Shown here piece after piece: positions 44,301 to 59,300 of a stretch of 64,000 nucleotides of DNA. Position 1 is the first letter of the stretch; each line of letters starts with the position of its first letter. The position numbers were made by a program, and so were the translations under genes. The DNA comes from Trichoplax sp. H2 (taxonomy: Eukaryota), in contig NOWV01000110.1 in the NCBI GenBank assembly GCA_003344405.1, forward strand, positions 1 to 64,000, read 5' to 3'. Under the pieces are notes generated by a model. That model worked only from the letters and a program-made list of their open reading frames with translations. It did no database searches and was not told the origin of the DNA.

Positions 44301-47300
44301 TTGAAATACGATGCTAATAAACAAATAGTGAATTTTTAGTACATGCAAAAAATTAGAAATTCATTACATCTTTGCGCAAAATATGCAGTACTACGCGCAG
44401 CCCTGCTCTTATCCGATTGTTACTTAACTAAACTTGCCTAATCTAAACTAATTTAGATTACCCTAGATAAGTAACAATGACTGAGAAATACACTTTCAGA
44501 ATCTTCTAACTATATCTTTATTCTAGAAAATGCAAGTCTAATTTAATATTCAAAATCAATCATTTAAATAGCTTTTCGAGGCATTAAACCGGTTTACGAT
44601 GTGTGATATATTTCGACCAGTAAGACTTCGAGAATACATTAAATTATTCCTAGTCTAATCTAGTGAATTTGTAATATTACTACACATTAACTTTATGTTT
44701 GCCCTAGCTTATAATTAACGGGATTTATATTGAATTTGCCATTAGCAATTCATTTACCATATTTAGTATAATTTAACCTGTATTAGGAACAGGTTTATAT
44801 CGGCTATATTAAGTCATCAAATAATTCATGCACATATCCAAATTAATAACTATCTAAACGTGATACATAAACATGTCTAAATTAAGTAAGTTATCATTCA
44901 TCACGGTAGATTCACTACCGTGACACCGATACACTCACTTGAAGATCTGAAAATGAATTACCAATCATCTGAACTTGTATGCGTATAGATTTTCCGTAGA
45001 ATCTGCGGTCACAATCAATTATACATTAAAATCTGTTCTTATACTACGAATACAATTTTCGCGTTGACTCTTCGCAGAAACTTAAATCCCCTTAAATTTT
45101 ACCCTAACAACTAAAAAATTGATTTGGTTCATTATCTATCGCGCTTTTATATTCTTCGGCAGCAGGCAACATTGATGAGTTATCGTAATATTCTAATAGT
45201 TAATTTATACTTTATAACTAAATGAAGATAGAAATATTTATAGTTGTGATATATACCGATCACGAAATTCCAAATTTTAGAAAAATAAGGGCTTTATTGA
45301 ATCTTATACAAAGATTAACTACACACAGCTTTACTCTAGCCCAATACTACTTCTAAAGACTTCTACAACGAAGTAACTGAATAATCTAAGGCTGCATGCT
45401 TTTATACTTTTCGTAGCATTTGCAGCTACTATCCGAAGGGCAACCTTTTACCTTACTTTATACATAGTAAAATTATTCTTGGTAACACTATTCTACTGCG
45501 GACCATCATTAATCCGATATGGATACGACTACAGTATTTACGTAGACATTATTCACACTAGCCAAAGTACAATGAATTAACCATATCCTAATATATGATT
45601 TACAGTTCTGTTTTTACCTATAGCCTTATTAGTAACTTAACACCTTACTGTATATAGTCATCTGTACTCTAGCATAGAGTCTATACTACTACAGTCTATA
45701 GTTATAGCTACTAAATATCTCTTAGGATAAATATCTACCGTACATTATACTAAACATAGCTAACAGTCTACAATCACAATACCAAGTTACATTGCAATAG
45801 TCAAGGACATCTACCGACTAATTCTAGATAACTGGAAATGAGTATGTGTATTCACAGAATCATTTGCAGTATGACGTATTAATTATCGGTCGTCAGGAGG
45901 ATTTCTATTACAAGAATTAGAAATATAATCAATTAAGGCCAATTGCTATATAAAATTCTTGTTACAGTACAATTTATAATTTATTACAACAATTAATTGC
46001 AAATAACGTTTGAAATGTTGAATTCACTAAATTTGTGATATAATTCTTTACGGTACCAGCAGTTGATACTGTGACAATACCGCCAATTACATCCTAAATC
46101 CAAATGAGTTCGAGTTTAAAATCCAGTGTGTTCTGCCATGATAGCATCTTTCTAAACTTTAACTTATAAGCGGATTGCGATTTGTTCTAGTTATACTCAA
46201 ATTTTAAATTTCTAATGTAGCAAAGCTTAATAAAATTTTGGAAATCAACTGCGTATAATCTTATTTAAAATGAATGCATTAACTTTGACAGGCATTTGCA
46301 TAACAATTACATCTCCAAAATCGATGATAGATTCTTCACTGCCTTTCGGTCCGTCATTGAAGTGTAAGTAAAAATTATTCTATAGCAAACAAGCTCAATA
46401 AATGTGAGAAGAATATATTCAGACTCATCTGTGCTTGGCTACTATGCATACTTGAGTACCTGCATTTAAAACAAAGAAATTATCTGTTTTAAAACAAAGA
46501 CAACACTTTCGTTAATACTTATATCTCCAGGAAACTGCAATTCAATCGTTTGCAATTTCTTCCTTCTCATGTCTGCACAGGAACGCAAATAAAATTTTTG
46601 TAAGTAACTATATTTCGGTATTCATTAATAATCATTAATAAATCAGTAAAATCTGAAAACTTATTCATTGTATATAAAATCAGTAATGCAGGCCATAATC
46701 TTATCCAATCTATCAATCGCAAACAATTCAGAGAATGCAAAATATTGCAGGAATTGTAAGTATTTCGATGAAGCAGTGATCTGTACTACATACCTGATTC
46801 GCAATTATGCAGATGTAACGATCATATGTAGGAATTTTATTTATATGTAATAAGAAGTGAAGCTCCTCATAATGCAAACGAGCTTATTACTCATATTCTT
46901 ATTACTGTTATGTTTTAGTTTAATGCATGTAGTGAATATTGATTTATTGCTTTTAGTTTTAAAGCAAAGTACAATATGGTTCTCCTTAATATTGTACACA
47001 AATAATAAAAAGCCACTAAAAAAACGAAGCGTTGGCTTGCAATATATTTAAATCAGATTTTCCTACAATATTGTCATAATAGCTTAATATCAGTAAAAGA
47101 AATCATTTATAATTAGTAACAGCTAGTTAGGGTGATGATAGGTTATGGAAAATACAATAGCATTATCAGATATATGACACTAAAATAATTCTTCTAGAGC
47201 TGTAAGCAACGTGATTGAGGTGACGTGATTTAATTAAAACTTTCGTTCAGTCTTACTTTCGATAGCATAAATATTGAAATTTATTAACTAGATACTCGTA

Positions 47301-50300
47301 TATCGCCATAAGCGTATACCCTAGGTCGAAATAAATAGATAGCGTCCGAAAATTTAAGTAGCTTTAATAATTAAGTTGGCAAAATCTTGCCTTGTCATTT
47401 AGGTCAAAAATTACCTGTTGTGTTAAGAACAAAATATAGATCACAGTAAAATAAATCAATTTTTGATGTCTGCATATAATTTACACAATATTAGAGATTT
47501 GAGTGCCAATAGGATATCAGAGCTGCCAACGAATGTGTTTATGGACCTGATTGCCTTAGAAAGGATGTAAGTCCATCTGTATTTTTAGACAAATATTTCA
47601 GGTCTTTCTTTTTATTATACAGCAAACTATCATTTTGCATTATAAATAATTCGACATAAGAAACATTATTATAAATATGCGTTATCGCCTTTTAGTAAAG
47701 CTTTTGAGAACTGATAGCAAATTGATAGCACCTTTTGCCTGCTTAGAATCACTGATTTGATCCAAAATAGCTGAACAAGCTAACTTAGACAGTCATCATT
47801 TAGTTATTATGATTATAAGAACACAGCATTACTATACTAAGGATCAGTTCGAAGCCGGTTCGCAGCATGTGGTAATAAATGCTTGCGATTTTTAACTTGC
47901 GTTGTATTAACATCTTTCTATTTTTAACTGACAAAAGCTAATTTACTTTCTTTAATATACTCATAATATTGCATAATAAAGTACTGTAGCCTTTAATTTT
48001 TGGTTGTAATCAGTAGCGCATGCATTAAAATAAAATGTGATTGGATGACCGATGGTAAATCCAACCTATATGTTGTAAAGGACTTGCATTGCTATAACGC
48101 ATTGGTTGGCATAGAAATTTATTCTGTAACAAAGAAAAATGAAAATAATAATTTACTATTAAATTAATCACTGATTAGCAATACAGCAGAACTTTTAGTT
48201 ATTACGTATCTAATAAAAACTGTACATTGACTAAACAGTCTCGCCAATCAAGCTATGTCCCAAAGGGACGTTAAACTTCACCTAAATTTGTCAAATATTA
48301 ATCTTGCCACAGCACTAGCAATGGCTTTGATTTAATGTCTGCTAACTAACCTAAACTCTAATTCCGTTTTACAATCAAATAGAAATCTGAATAATAATCA
48401 ACTAGAATATCTTGGCGCTCATCTTTTCCCTCCCAATTCCCCATTGCAATCTGTGTAATTAAGCTACTTCGATTCGAAATATAAAATACATTACCTATAC
48501 TATAACTTTGAAAGGCACAGTTCGATATTTAATTAGTGTAACTCGGAATTATTTATTATTGAAATAGGAGATTTATGAATAACAAAATATCCAAAATCGA
48601 CAAAGAAGTGCTTGGTGTAGATTCCATTGCTCATACTCTGTAAAAATTAATTATTAACAAACTACCTTATGTCCGATACCTAATGAGAATCGTAAAGAAC
48701 AAGTATGCAAAAAGATGATTATTCTCTGTTTTATTGCTTTTTAGCACATTAAGTGGTAATAATCTAAATGAGATTCCGGTTCAGCTATTTACAAATACCC
48801 CGCGTCTCATAAACCTGTAAGGCGAAGAATAAATAGCGAAGTTAAATGATTGTGCTAAGATTATTTACCTAAAACTTCATACTATGGTTTTTCTAGGAAT
48901 ATATTTTTGATTTGATTTTAACTACATGATAAAAACTTTTACTCTACTTTATCTTATATAATTTAGTTGCAATCTAACAATTTGTAATAATTCTACAAAA
49001 CATCATTAGATTAGAATACTATTTCAAGATTTAACCATTGGATTTGTATATGTTTAAAAACTATGTTGGTATTTTATAGTAGTTAAATGGTCATAAAATT
49101 TTAATTCTGAGAAAATTTATAGATGTCATTTTATCGCTTATTCAGGGAGTTAGATCGTAATAAAATTGAAGTAATTCCCGATTTTGCTTTTGTTGGAGTT
49201 AGTCTTATCGAATATTTGTAAGTATCCTACAAAGCATAGAAAACCAAAGCACAAATTACGCTATTGATAATAACGACACCATTTACCATATCTGTAGGAC
49301 AATGCTTAATATTTTGGCATCGTTATGACTTGATCCAAAATCTATTTAATGTCTTTCATAATTCAAAGTAAAGAGAATAATTTCCATAAAATTTAAAAAT
49401 AATTTCTAAATAAAAGCTGTATATTTAATATTTCTTCTGCAGGAATTTAAGTAATAATAATATTTCTTCTATCGTAAAGAATACCTTTGCTGGCTTGTCT
49501 CATATACTGGCACTGTAAGTTCAATAATGATACAACTACTTATTTGCATTTTAATTAAACGTAAATTAATAGCAACTGTTCATTACTTTTATTAGTTATC
49601 TTAACAACCTACCAAAACTAAAGTATCTAGAAATGGAAACATTTACTGAAATGAATTCGCTTGTTGGCTTGTAAGGCATACAAATTTCTCTTTGCTACTC
49701 GATAAATATAATATCATAGCCATAATTCCAATTGAATTTTATTCACAATTTGATAATTCACCTATAAACCTTCACCTACTGTACATCTTGAGCTTTTGAG
49801 TTGCTATAAATTCATCCAAAGCTAGCCTTGCAAGGAGAAATATACCAAACCAATGCTTTTAGTTTACGGATATTTGAGGAAACTACTCATCCTTCTAATT
49901 GCAATTTTGTAGCGACTTTTTACACTTATTTGTTTCTACATTAACTAAAATTTGACTGGAAGACGTATTACAAATTGACGAACTCTTGCACTCCGTCGTA
50001 GTAGCCAAAAGTAGTGATATCTCTACTTTACCTATAAGTTGAAGTCGCGAAATTTAAGCTCAGTTACATAATTAAAGTTGAAATATTTAAATGTAAAAGT
50101 TTAATAATGAATCCATGATAGCTGCATTACAGTGTCTTGTTTATAGAATCATTTCTGCAATAAAATTCTTTACAATCTAGCTACTAAGTTAAGCAACTAC
50201 ATTATGGAGATGGGAATAGGAATTTTTGTCTATGTTAGAATAATTTGATTAAGCTTAACCTTACTTAGTCAATTTCTAGTATTAATACATAGTATCATGT

Positions 50301-53300
50301 TTTATTACTATACCGACTATTGTGAGATAGCAGTACTAAAATTGATATTTATATGAAGAAGCTGAGAACAATCTTTTGATAGTTTGAATAACTGTGATTG
50401 AATTGATTTATGAGAGATTGTTGATTAATTTAAGAATATTCTGTGTGTCGGTAATGCAATTTGACTACCTTGTAATAGTCATTGGACATCTTTACTGATA
50501 AAGACTACTGTCTTCATCAGCTACCTAAATCACTATGTAATCCACTAGAAGGTTTCGATACTAGTAATGCAACTACTTAGCTTAAACTACGAAGCGTCAA
50601 GTTCTATCTGATATTTGGTTTAGGAACATACCAAATAGATCGTAAATTGTGTTACTGTTAATAGCTGATATGCTGGATTTACAGTAGCATTACTAGACCG
50701 TAAAGGCAATTTCTGTAACAAATCTACAATTAGAATTACAAGCGTAAGGCCTTATACTATTCTTATTGTCTTTTATTTACCATATAGTAACTAAATTATG
50801 TGCTATACAATTTGTTATAGTTTTTTTTATAGTTACAATGGCTCCTGCTTAAAAGTATTCGATCTCAATCACTTGACATGAATATTAAATTTATTAAATT
50901 TTGCAAACTACCTTTAATAGCCCTTTGTACCGTTATAGAATAAGAAATTATAATTCTGGTTAGAACTTAGAAGTAAAGAGAAGATATTTTCGACGTGATT
51001 ATATTGATTTCATAAACTAGATCTTTGCAATATTGTGTCCTCAATGCTTCCTTTGTAAATCAACTGATCCATTATTTGCCAGGCATATATGATTTGTGAG
51101 TGAAAAGAAAATAATAACGAATTTTTGCCAATAAGAGTTTGTAGAAACGCTAATTTTATGATATAGAACAATAATGAAGTAAACATTTGGAGTTATTTGA
51201 AGCACTCGTGTCAGTTACTGCATTAGAATTAGTAGACAATGTCAATGTAGAAATTAAATTGGTGATGAGTATTCTTATATTAAAGTTACTTTATTACAGC
51301 TTACTTGCAATAAAACACTAATCCGACAAGTCTAGATTAAGCAAATTCTGGCATTGTAGATTTATTTTTCAGCATACTAATGAAAACTGCAACAGGTGTA
51401 GATTACAACTACTTTATCACTAATGTTAGTCTTGTCATTCAAGACCAGTTAAACAACAAACAATTTTACTATCATATATTAGAACAGTATCGAGAACAGA
51501 GAACCAAATATCAACTACTAAACTTATGCTGTAATTTATATGCGGACTTTATATACTCCCACTTAGCCAGCGACAGTGCACACGAAATCATAATTAATAC
51601 AAAATTAGATTAATGTAATTTAGCATCCCTACTGACTATACCTTAGCAGATAGCATAAATTACTTTTATGTATATCAAAACTTATGATTAACCAACTAAT
51701 TATCCGTAGCTCAGTACTTTACGATAGGAAAGTATACAGTAAGCATAAGATAAGTATGCATTACCAGATATTGTCTGCATAGTTGCAAGAGTTGCAAGAT
51801 GAACAGCAGCTTTAGTAAATAAAACTAAAATAAATTATAGCATTGATTACGGCGTTAGAGTACCTGACTCTGTAACATACCTTTCCTAGTTGTAACTTAC
51901 ATTTTCTAGCTTACAACAACATAAATACATGAAATTGGTTTTTGAGAAGTAAATCGTCTTTTTCAGATCACTTGATGGTAATAACTTAATTGGTCTTAGA
52001 AAAGACTTTGTTGAAAAATTGTACCGTTTAGATGACGTGTACGTACGAGTATAAGTTTTATTTTAAGAAACAGATCAAAAGATTGTTATTTTCTAAAGTC
52101 GGAAATAATTAACGAATGTATGATCTTATCAATTAAGTTTTTCCATACTTTGGTAATCATTAATTAGGACATTAGGTTACACTCGCCTTTCTAGTAATGA
52201 TATTTTTGAAATTTTATCAAAAAAGTCTGAATATACAAAGCTGTAAGTTGTTGTCGATATTTTTATATAACTTGGTAAAACATATCGTAGAATATCTTCT
52301 TTAAAGATTTGATACTACTCGTATTCTCTTAGCGCATAGAAGAGGCTATGAGAGCTATATGGAACTATAGCTAGTTTACAGTCGATGTTATTACTACGAG
52401 TAGACATATGAAATGTTTGATATATAATTATAATTTGAAAATTTTGAGTTTATTTGACGTTTTACAGTAAACTACATTATCTCATAGACATAAGTTACTC
52501 TTAGATACAATTTTTATAAATAGATAACTACTCTTAAATTAATAGCGGAATTAATGTCTGCTTTTGTATCATCGTTTTAGCGTACTGGATGGTCTTCAAC
52601 TGCGTTCGTTCCCTCCAAAATTACTACCTTACATACGCTCCGTAATAACTCTGTATGTGTACTTAAATTAGTGCATAATCTTCGTTCACTACAATTTATG
52701 GTAGACGTCGAAAGTCTAACGCGACGGGAATAGTCAATTTTAGAAGTTTCATTGAAACATAATTTTATCTGCCAGGATTGTAAGGAAATAATTTCTTCCT
52801 AATCAATTATTAGGAGTTTAAAAGACAATCTCATCCAGTCTCTGGATGAAAGATTTATCAAGCTGCTAAATCTGGTATCGCATCTGTATGTTACTACTGT
52901 TTTTACATTATTAAATTACCGTCATCTATTCACTAAGACAGGCAGTGCATGCTAAAGTTTAATAAATTACATTTAAACTGTACTAGCCCGCTCATCTATT
53001 ATTCTGTTATTATAAGTTCAACTTTTAAAATAGCCTTACAGACATTTAAATTTTACTTTTTATCTTGAATCTACAATAAATGTCTTGTAGGTTTACTTGT
53101 CATTAATATATACTAGTAAGTTATTAAATCATTTAATAGCGGTACATGTTTCAAAAATTTGATAAATTTCAATTAGCATCGGTTCTATCCAACAATTATA
53201 TATCGATACTTGACTATCCCTAGTGTAATTCCCACACTGAACAGCTGAAGTACACCAAATTATTGCCTAGATTTAGAAACCATGAAATATAAAATTAATT

Positions 53301-56300
53301 TAATCATAGCTTACATTTTTAGCTTAAAGTTCTAAAATATGAATTACTACTTCTGTTATCTAGTTCCATATTAATCCTTCCATTTTCCTATCTTAAATCG
53401 ATCAGTATATCTTAACACACATATGTGGAATGTATCTTTGACTCAACTTTGATCTTAAATAGAATATTTCTAAAAATACTCTTCTACTACATCTTATTGA
53501 AGCTCATATTCATAGGAACGCCCCCCCCCCTCAAAGAAATAATTGCCATTTCATAATAATGAACTATAACAAAACATAATCAGAAACATGTCGAAGTAAA
53601 TCAGCTTCTTTTAATTACAGGAATCTAGCCAACAATCAATTAGGAAACGAAGACTATTCTAAATTGAAATATGTTCGAAGTTTGAAATCTGTGTATGTAT
53701 CATAACTTAACTTACGAACTACTACCCGAAAGTAATAGATTACTTATTATCTCCACTACACCTGGAGGCCTACTGTGTGGTGTTCTATACTACTTGCGGC
53801 CACATAGGAATAAGACCGTTCTAAGAGTTTACTATAGTTGTATTAATAGAGTATTCGAAACGCTATCTAATCACGAACTGAGAAGCTGAGCATTCACTCC
53901 TCCTTTTATACCCTACCACCACACTTGTGGTGCACACATAGTAATTTAGTAACATAATATTTACATGGTTCGTATAGAAAAACAATCCTCAATAGCTATA
54001 TAGTTCACTATAAGTACAACTAGTAAACAATTTTAATTGGCAATAACTAATAAATAGCGAAAGAAACGAACGAGGCTCTGCATGCTACTCGCACGTTACT
54101 CGCACTTTGCGGCGAGTGCTAAGGTGTGGCCAATATTAGTATCTATAAAGATTATACTAATTGATTTCAGAACACGCTTGCATCTTGGTTGTCTAGCAAA
54201 ACTATACACGATTAATGTTCATAATTACTGCTTGCTGTATTGCTATTAGCTACATGCGAAGCCTACTTAATTAACATGTACAATGCTTAGCTCCGTAACA
54301 GTATGTAACCAATATTTTGACATACTTTCGAATTAGTTTCTTATTGCAATAGTTATGAAAATAATTAATTTTTATTAACGCAATTATTCATTTAGACTGC
54401 TGTAGAATCAAACTTGGAGTTAATGAAAAAACTGTAATTAATACTGTATGCTTCAAATTCATGCATTGCAGAGACTTATCTTATAACAAAATTAGCAGCG
54501 TTTGTTCCAGTGATATAAACATTAGGACGTGGTTATCATTGGCAATCTTGTAAGGCTGGCACATTCATCTGCTAATAATTTGATTATTTACTTAAAATAA
54601 CATGTGTATTGCTATCTTGGAAATTTTTACCTATTTAGATACCCGATATTTTAGAGTATACCTATTCTTCATGTAAATTCTTTACATGCTTCAACTTCTA
54701 TAAACATAGTTACCCTACGTCCTATCACTTTGTTTCAGAATTTACTTGTTTATTATAGTATTTCTTTAACGGAAATTTAGACAAATTATCATAGCTAATT
54801 TATTTTCCTTAATTAAAAAAATGAAATATGGAACATAGATTTGACTTAGTAAACAAATTATGTATGATTTAAAATCTTGTTATAACAACTAACGAATGAA
54901 CACTGAATTAGTGTTATCTAAATTTTACTGCGAACGAAAACAGGTTATTATTAATCAATAGAGGCAATGAAAAATATCAGTACGTTAACGTTTTACTAGA
55001 TTTTTAATAATTATAATCTATTGCATTCCTGAACAGAAATCTAGAAGGAAATCAAATAAAGACCTTAGATAATTATTGTCTGTCATATTCTCGCAGTTTA
55101 CGAGTTTTGTAAGTTAATTGTGAAATATAGCATATAAGATATAGCAAATAGAAAATAATAGATGTTTTTGGTGTTGTTATTATTTTTTAATCCTAATTAT
55201 ATTAGATACGACAATATTTTCTCAATCTTAATTTAATTCTATAGTAAGTTACGACAAATAATGTCAGAGTACTAAACAAGATGATGCCTATTACTGTCAG
55301 ACTATGATATTTCAATAAAATAACGTTGATTTCTTAATTTTTATGCTATTTATGTCGTTCAGGAATCTACGAAATAATCCATTAATCGAATTTTCTGGAG
55401 ATATTCTGTTAGAAAACTCTGTATTACGAGAAATGTAAGCATATTTATTTACTTACTCTTAGTATATTATTTAGCCAAGTTTGTATCGTGGATTATTTGC
55501 TACGTTTAGCATAGCGATCTACAAATAGTTCAGAAAAATTGCACAGTATGAAGATACTCTACTGAAGTATAAATGATTTTAAGCAATATTATGCTAATAG
55601 TGACATTTACATATGTGCAACTCCTATCTTTAGGCATAGTAGTTTGTTCAGTAGACTAAATATCGGACTGAAAAATGAGTATTTTGCAGCATTAATTATA
55701 ATCGCATTGTATAATAACGGCGACTCTTTCAATTCTATCTCGGCCGAGACTGTTACTTTATAAGAATTAGATTCTTAAATTTTGATCAAATACTTTTGGA
55801 TATATTTATTACAATCCTAAGCCACACAGGTTTAATTATTACGCTCTTTAATATTCAGTATAATCTTGGCAATAGTAGCAGAAAAATTTACTTGATCATT
55901 TTTCTATTAGATACTCAACGCGAGTTTATCTCTGTTGCGTTGTACCATCCTCAGTGACTGTATGTGAGCCTTTTGCAAACCAAATGGAGTTATCTACTTG
56001 TTCAGATCTATTATCCCATGGCCTATTAAGTATTATGATTTGGATTTTTGGCTCTATATCCATTATTGGTAATGTTCTTGCTGCCATATGGGGAATACGA
56101 TCCAAGGATTCTAAACGTCCTATTTCAACGAGACAATTGCTTCATTTGTCGATTGCTGACTCTATCATGGGATTCTACTTAATCGTTATTGCATCAGCTA
56201 ATATTTACTTTGCGGGAGTTTATTCAGAATATCTTGAAGCCTGGTTACGAAGTCCAATGTGTTTATTGGCATCCTTTCTCGTCTCCTTATCTAGTTTTAT

Positions 56301-59300
56301 GTCAACTATAGTTTTGTTCTTAATCACACTTGATCGTTACTTGCATTTAGTTTACCCTTTTTCTGATTGTCGTTTATCACTTAAGACTAATAGCGGATTA
56401 TTAGCCATGGCATGGTTGATATCGTTTGTATTTATTGGTGTACCTATTATTTTAAGCTTTAATCAGCCTGCTATTAATCGTTTATATGGCAGCAACAGCG
56501 CCTGTTTACCCAGTAATTTCGACAATCCAAATTATGTAGCATGGCTATTCGCCTACTGTGGTGTAACTTTTTTAATATGGATAGCCATTGCAATTATGTA
56601 TGCTGTTATCATCTTTACGCTAACTCAAGCGCGTAAGGCAGCAAAACGCGAAGAACGCTTTAATGATAAAATTATACGATACAAGATGATCACCATTGTT
56701 CTTACTGATTTGATCTGTTGGGTTCCGTTATATGTTATATTAGCCAAAATCCTGCTTGGTAACATTCTGGACATTCATACTTTGCCGTTTGTTGCTGTAC
56801 TTTCTTTGCCACTGAATTCATGCATTAACCCAATCCTTTATACATTATTTACAACAATGTTTATGAACGCCGCTAAGCAGTTTTGGGATACTTCAAGCCA
56901 ACATTTTCGTCAATTTATGCCATCACAATCGGAATCTGCTCAAAAGAAACCTAATTCTAGCAATAGCTTAGGAAGTAAAGAGTGTAATAGTTATTTCATG
57001 CTGTGTTTATATAACTAGTTTATTGTTGTTTAACGATTTCATTAGCAATAGATAATCTCAGTATGCCATTTATAGTTATTATTGACGGCTTGATTCTGCT
57101 TCTCTTTAGACGCCATTTTTAATTTCGACCAAAGTCTATACATGAAACTATTGGCAGTAATAAATGACGATATCGTACAAGTGAGTATTCTATTTAGTAA
57201 CTACCATACACATTCCACAGGTGCCTCTCTAAGCAGATTCCAGACGTTTTGTACTTTACACTGTTAAAAATGCTCTTTCATATTGTTGTCTTTCACATTA
57301 ATTTGAACAATTAAAATTATGACGATATCAAAATAAACAATGATCAAATTTCGTATACTTAAATCTTATCGAATATCTTTGTCACCAATATTAACTGTTC
57401 ACATCAAATTTATTTACAGTAGCTGATGCTTTCACGAATAGCTCATTAAAATATTATTGTCAATTTATTTCTTACATTTGGATGCAGTATCTTAATATTA
57501 TAAACAATCTATCGATTGTTCTAATAGGCGAATCTTTTGGATATAATTAGGATTGATTCAAAGTTTAAATCATTTTTGATATAATTAGGATTCATTTAAA
57601 GTTCAATTTCACGCCAAAAACAAAAAGAGTGTGATCGCAATTCTTAAATTGTATGACTTAAAAGATCGAAAATTATGGGAAAACGAAAAGCAATTTCAGA
57701 AAATGATGAGATCACATAATTATCAATTAAGAAATATCGTCAATAGCTTGTATTTAACCGAAGGAAGAAGCTTCCATTTTAAATTGGAACAACATAATTT
57801 ATCACAAAAACTGTAAATAAAGATAACAAAATTAACTTGTAATTATTAAGAAATTTTCAGTTATTAAGCTTGGTTAATAGCTTTAGAGCTCATAATTTTG
57901 CATCCTATGTATATTGCACAACATAAAGTAAGCAGGACCTTTTAATCCTTTACTTTATGATCGTATGATATAGGATAACTTGCTACTCCATAGTTAATGA
58001 AGAAATACAACCGTTGAAGAGTTTAATTCATTCCAAACTTCTAACAGCAAAAAATATCCAACAAATCGTACGTGATCTTATCCAAGCAATGGAATCATTA
58101 TTTTCCAATTTCATAGTACATGGCAATGTCAATCCTGAATCTATTTTGGTCGCAATATCTGATCAGGTAATCAATTACGCTAACTGACTTGTCCTTATCT
58201 CTTGATACTATGGCTGCTATCTATAGACTCTACTTCCTAAGCATTTTGCTGAACTAAATTGTAAATCACCGACACTATCGTAATAGCTAAAACATTGATT
58301 AACGATTTATTTTATAACAATATTTATATTAAATATTAGCAAAGCCAGTACTCACACCCTTCTAAAGTCTCCTAATTTGATATAGTATAATATTTTTTGA
58401 CTTTAATTAGCAAAATTAATGTTTTCAGTTTTTGTAATAATGCTGGTATATGCTCTCTTTAACAAATGAGACTAAAGTCCGAAATAAGAACGCATTCAAT
58501 GTTTGATAAGCTAAAGACACCCAGCTATGGATTCATATAATAAGCCTCATCAACTCATCATTAGTAGTTTCCTCTACTTCTTAAAATAGGAATTATAACA
58601 TTTGAGGAATACACGCTCGCGAAAATAATCGTGCTAATATTCAGTTCACTAACACTCATGTTCCTTTACTTAGCTGTTGAACTCAACTTTATTAAATTCT
58701 ATCAGTATGTATTGTAGTCCATCGTAGCTTTAAATTAAAATAATAAGATTAAAAAAAAATGAATTAATTGAAAATTCGATTGTAAGATTGTTTGCTAGTG
58801 ACTATTCTTAAATGATATTTATGATTTGTGTTGTTGCTTTTACCCACCCTTAAGTATATCATGACTCTTAAGGTATTAATACATTATACTTATTTACTAT
58901 TATGCAGAACTTATCGCAACGCTTTAATTTGAAGTGATGTTTTATAATAGATCCTACAATATAAAATTTAACGTAATCATCCAACTTGATATGAAAGTTA
59001 TGGTTTGATTGAAAAATCAAGTTTACGTAATAATGAGAAAGATTTACTAATTCTGATTCTAATTATATAGAGATACCTAGTCGCACTGCAATAATTACTT
59101 ATTTGTCTAATTTAGAGACAAGAAGTTCATGCTGTTCTGGGCAATTTTACATCTACTCGGTGTTTTAATAATTCATCGGATTGCTTGGAAGGAACACGCC
59201 ATGATTTAGTGAATGTCTCCAAAGTATGCGACATGTTTACAGGTTATTGTAATGCTATTTTTTCTCAATCATCTGATATCAGCAGTAACTATGAGTTTGA

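Noticed and set aside
48967-49045. Possible extra LRR exon (LQSNNL-like)
   Set aside because: In-frame stops; no clean 72-nt exon.
5565-53889. Remaining short 60-90 aa ORFs in the track
   Set aside because: AT-rich low-complexity translations in introns, intergenic DNA or LTRs, or wrong-frame overlaps of real exons; no recognisable motifs.
55954-57018. Stand-alone 354-aa GPCR
   Set aside because: The start is GTG inside an exon beginning at 55911 whose hinge joins the upstream LRR exons in phase.
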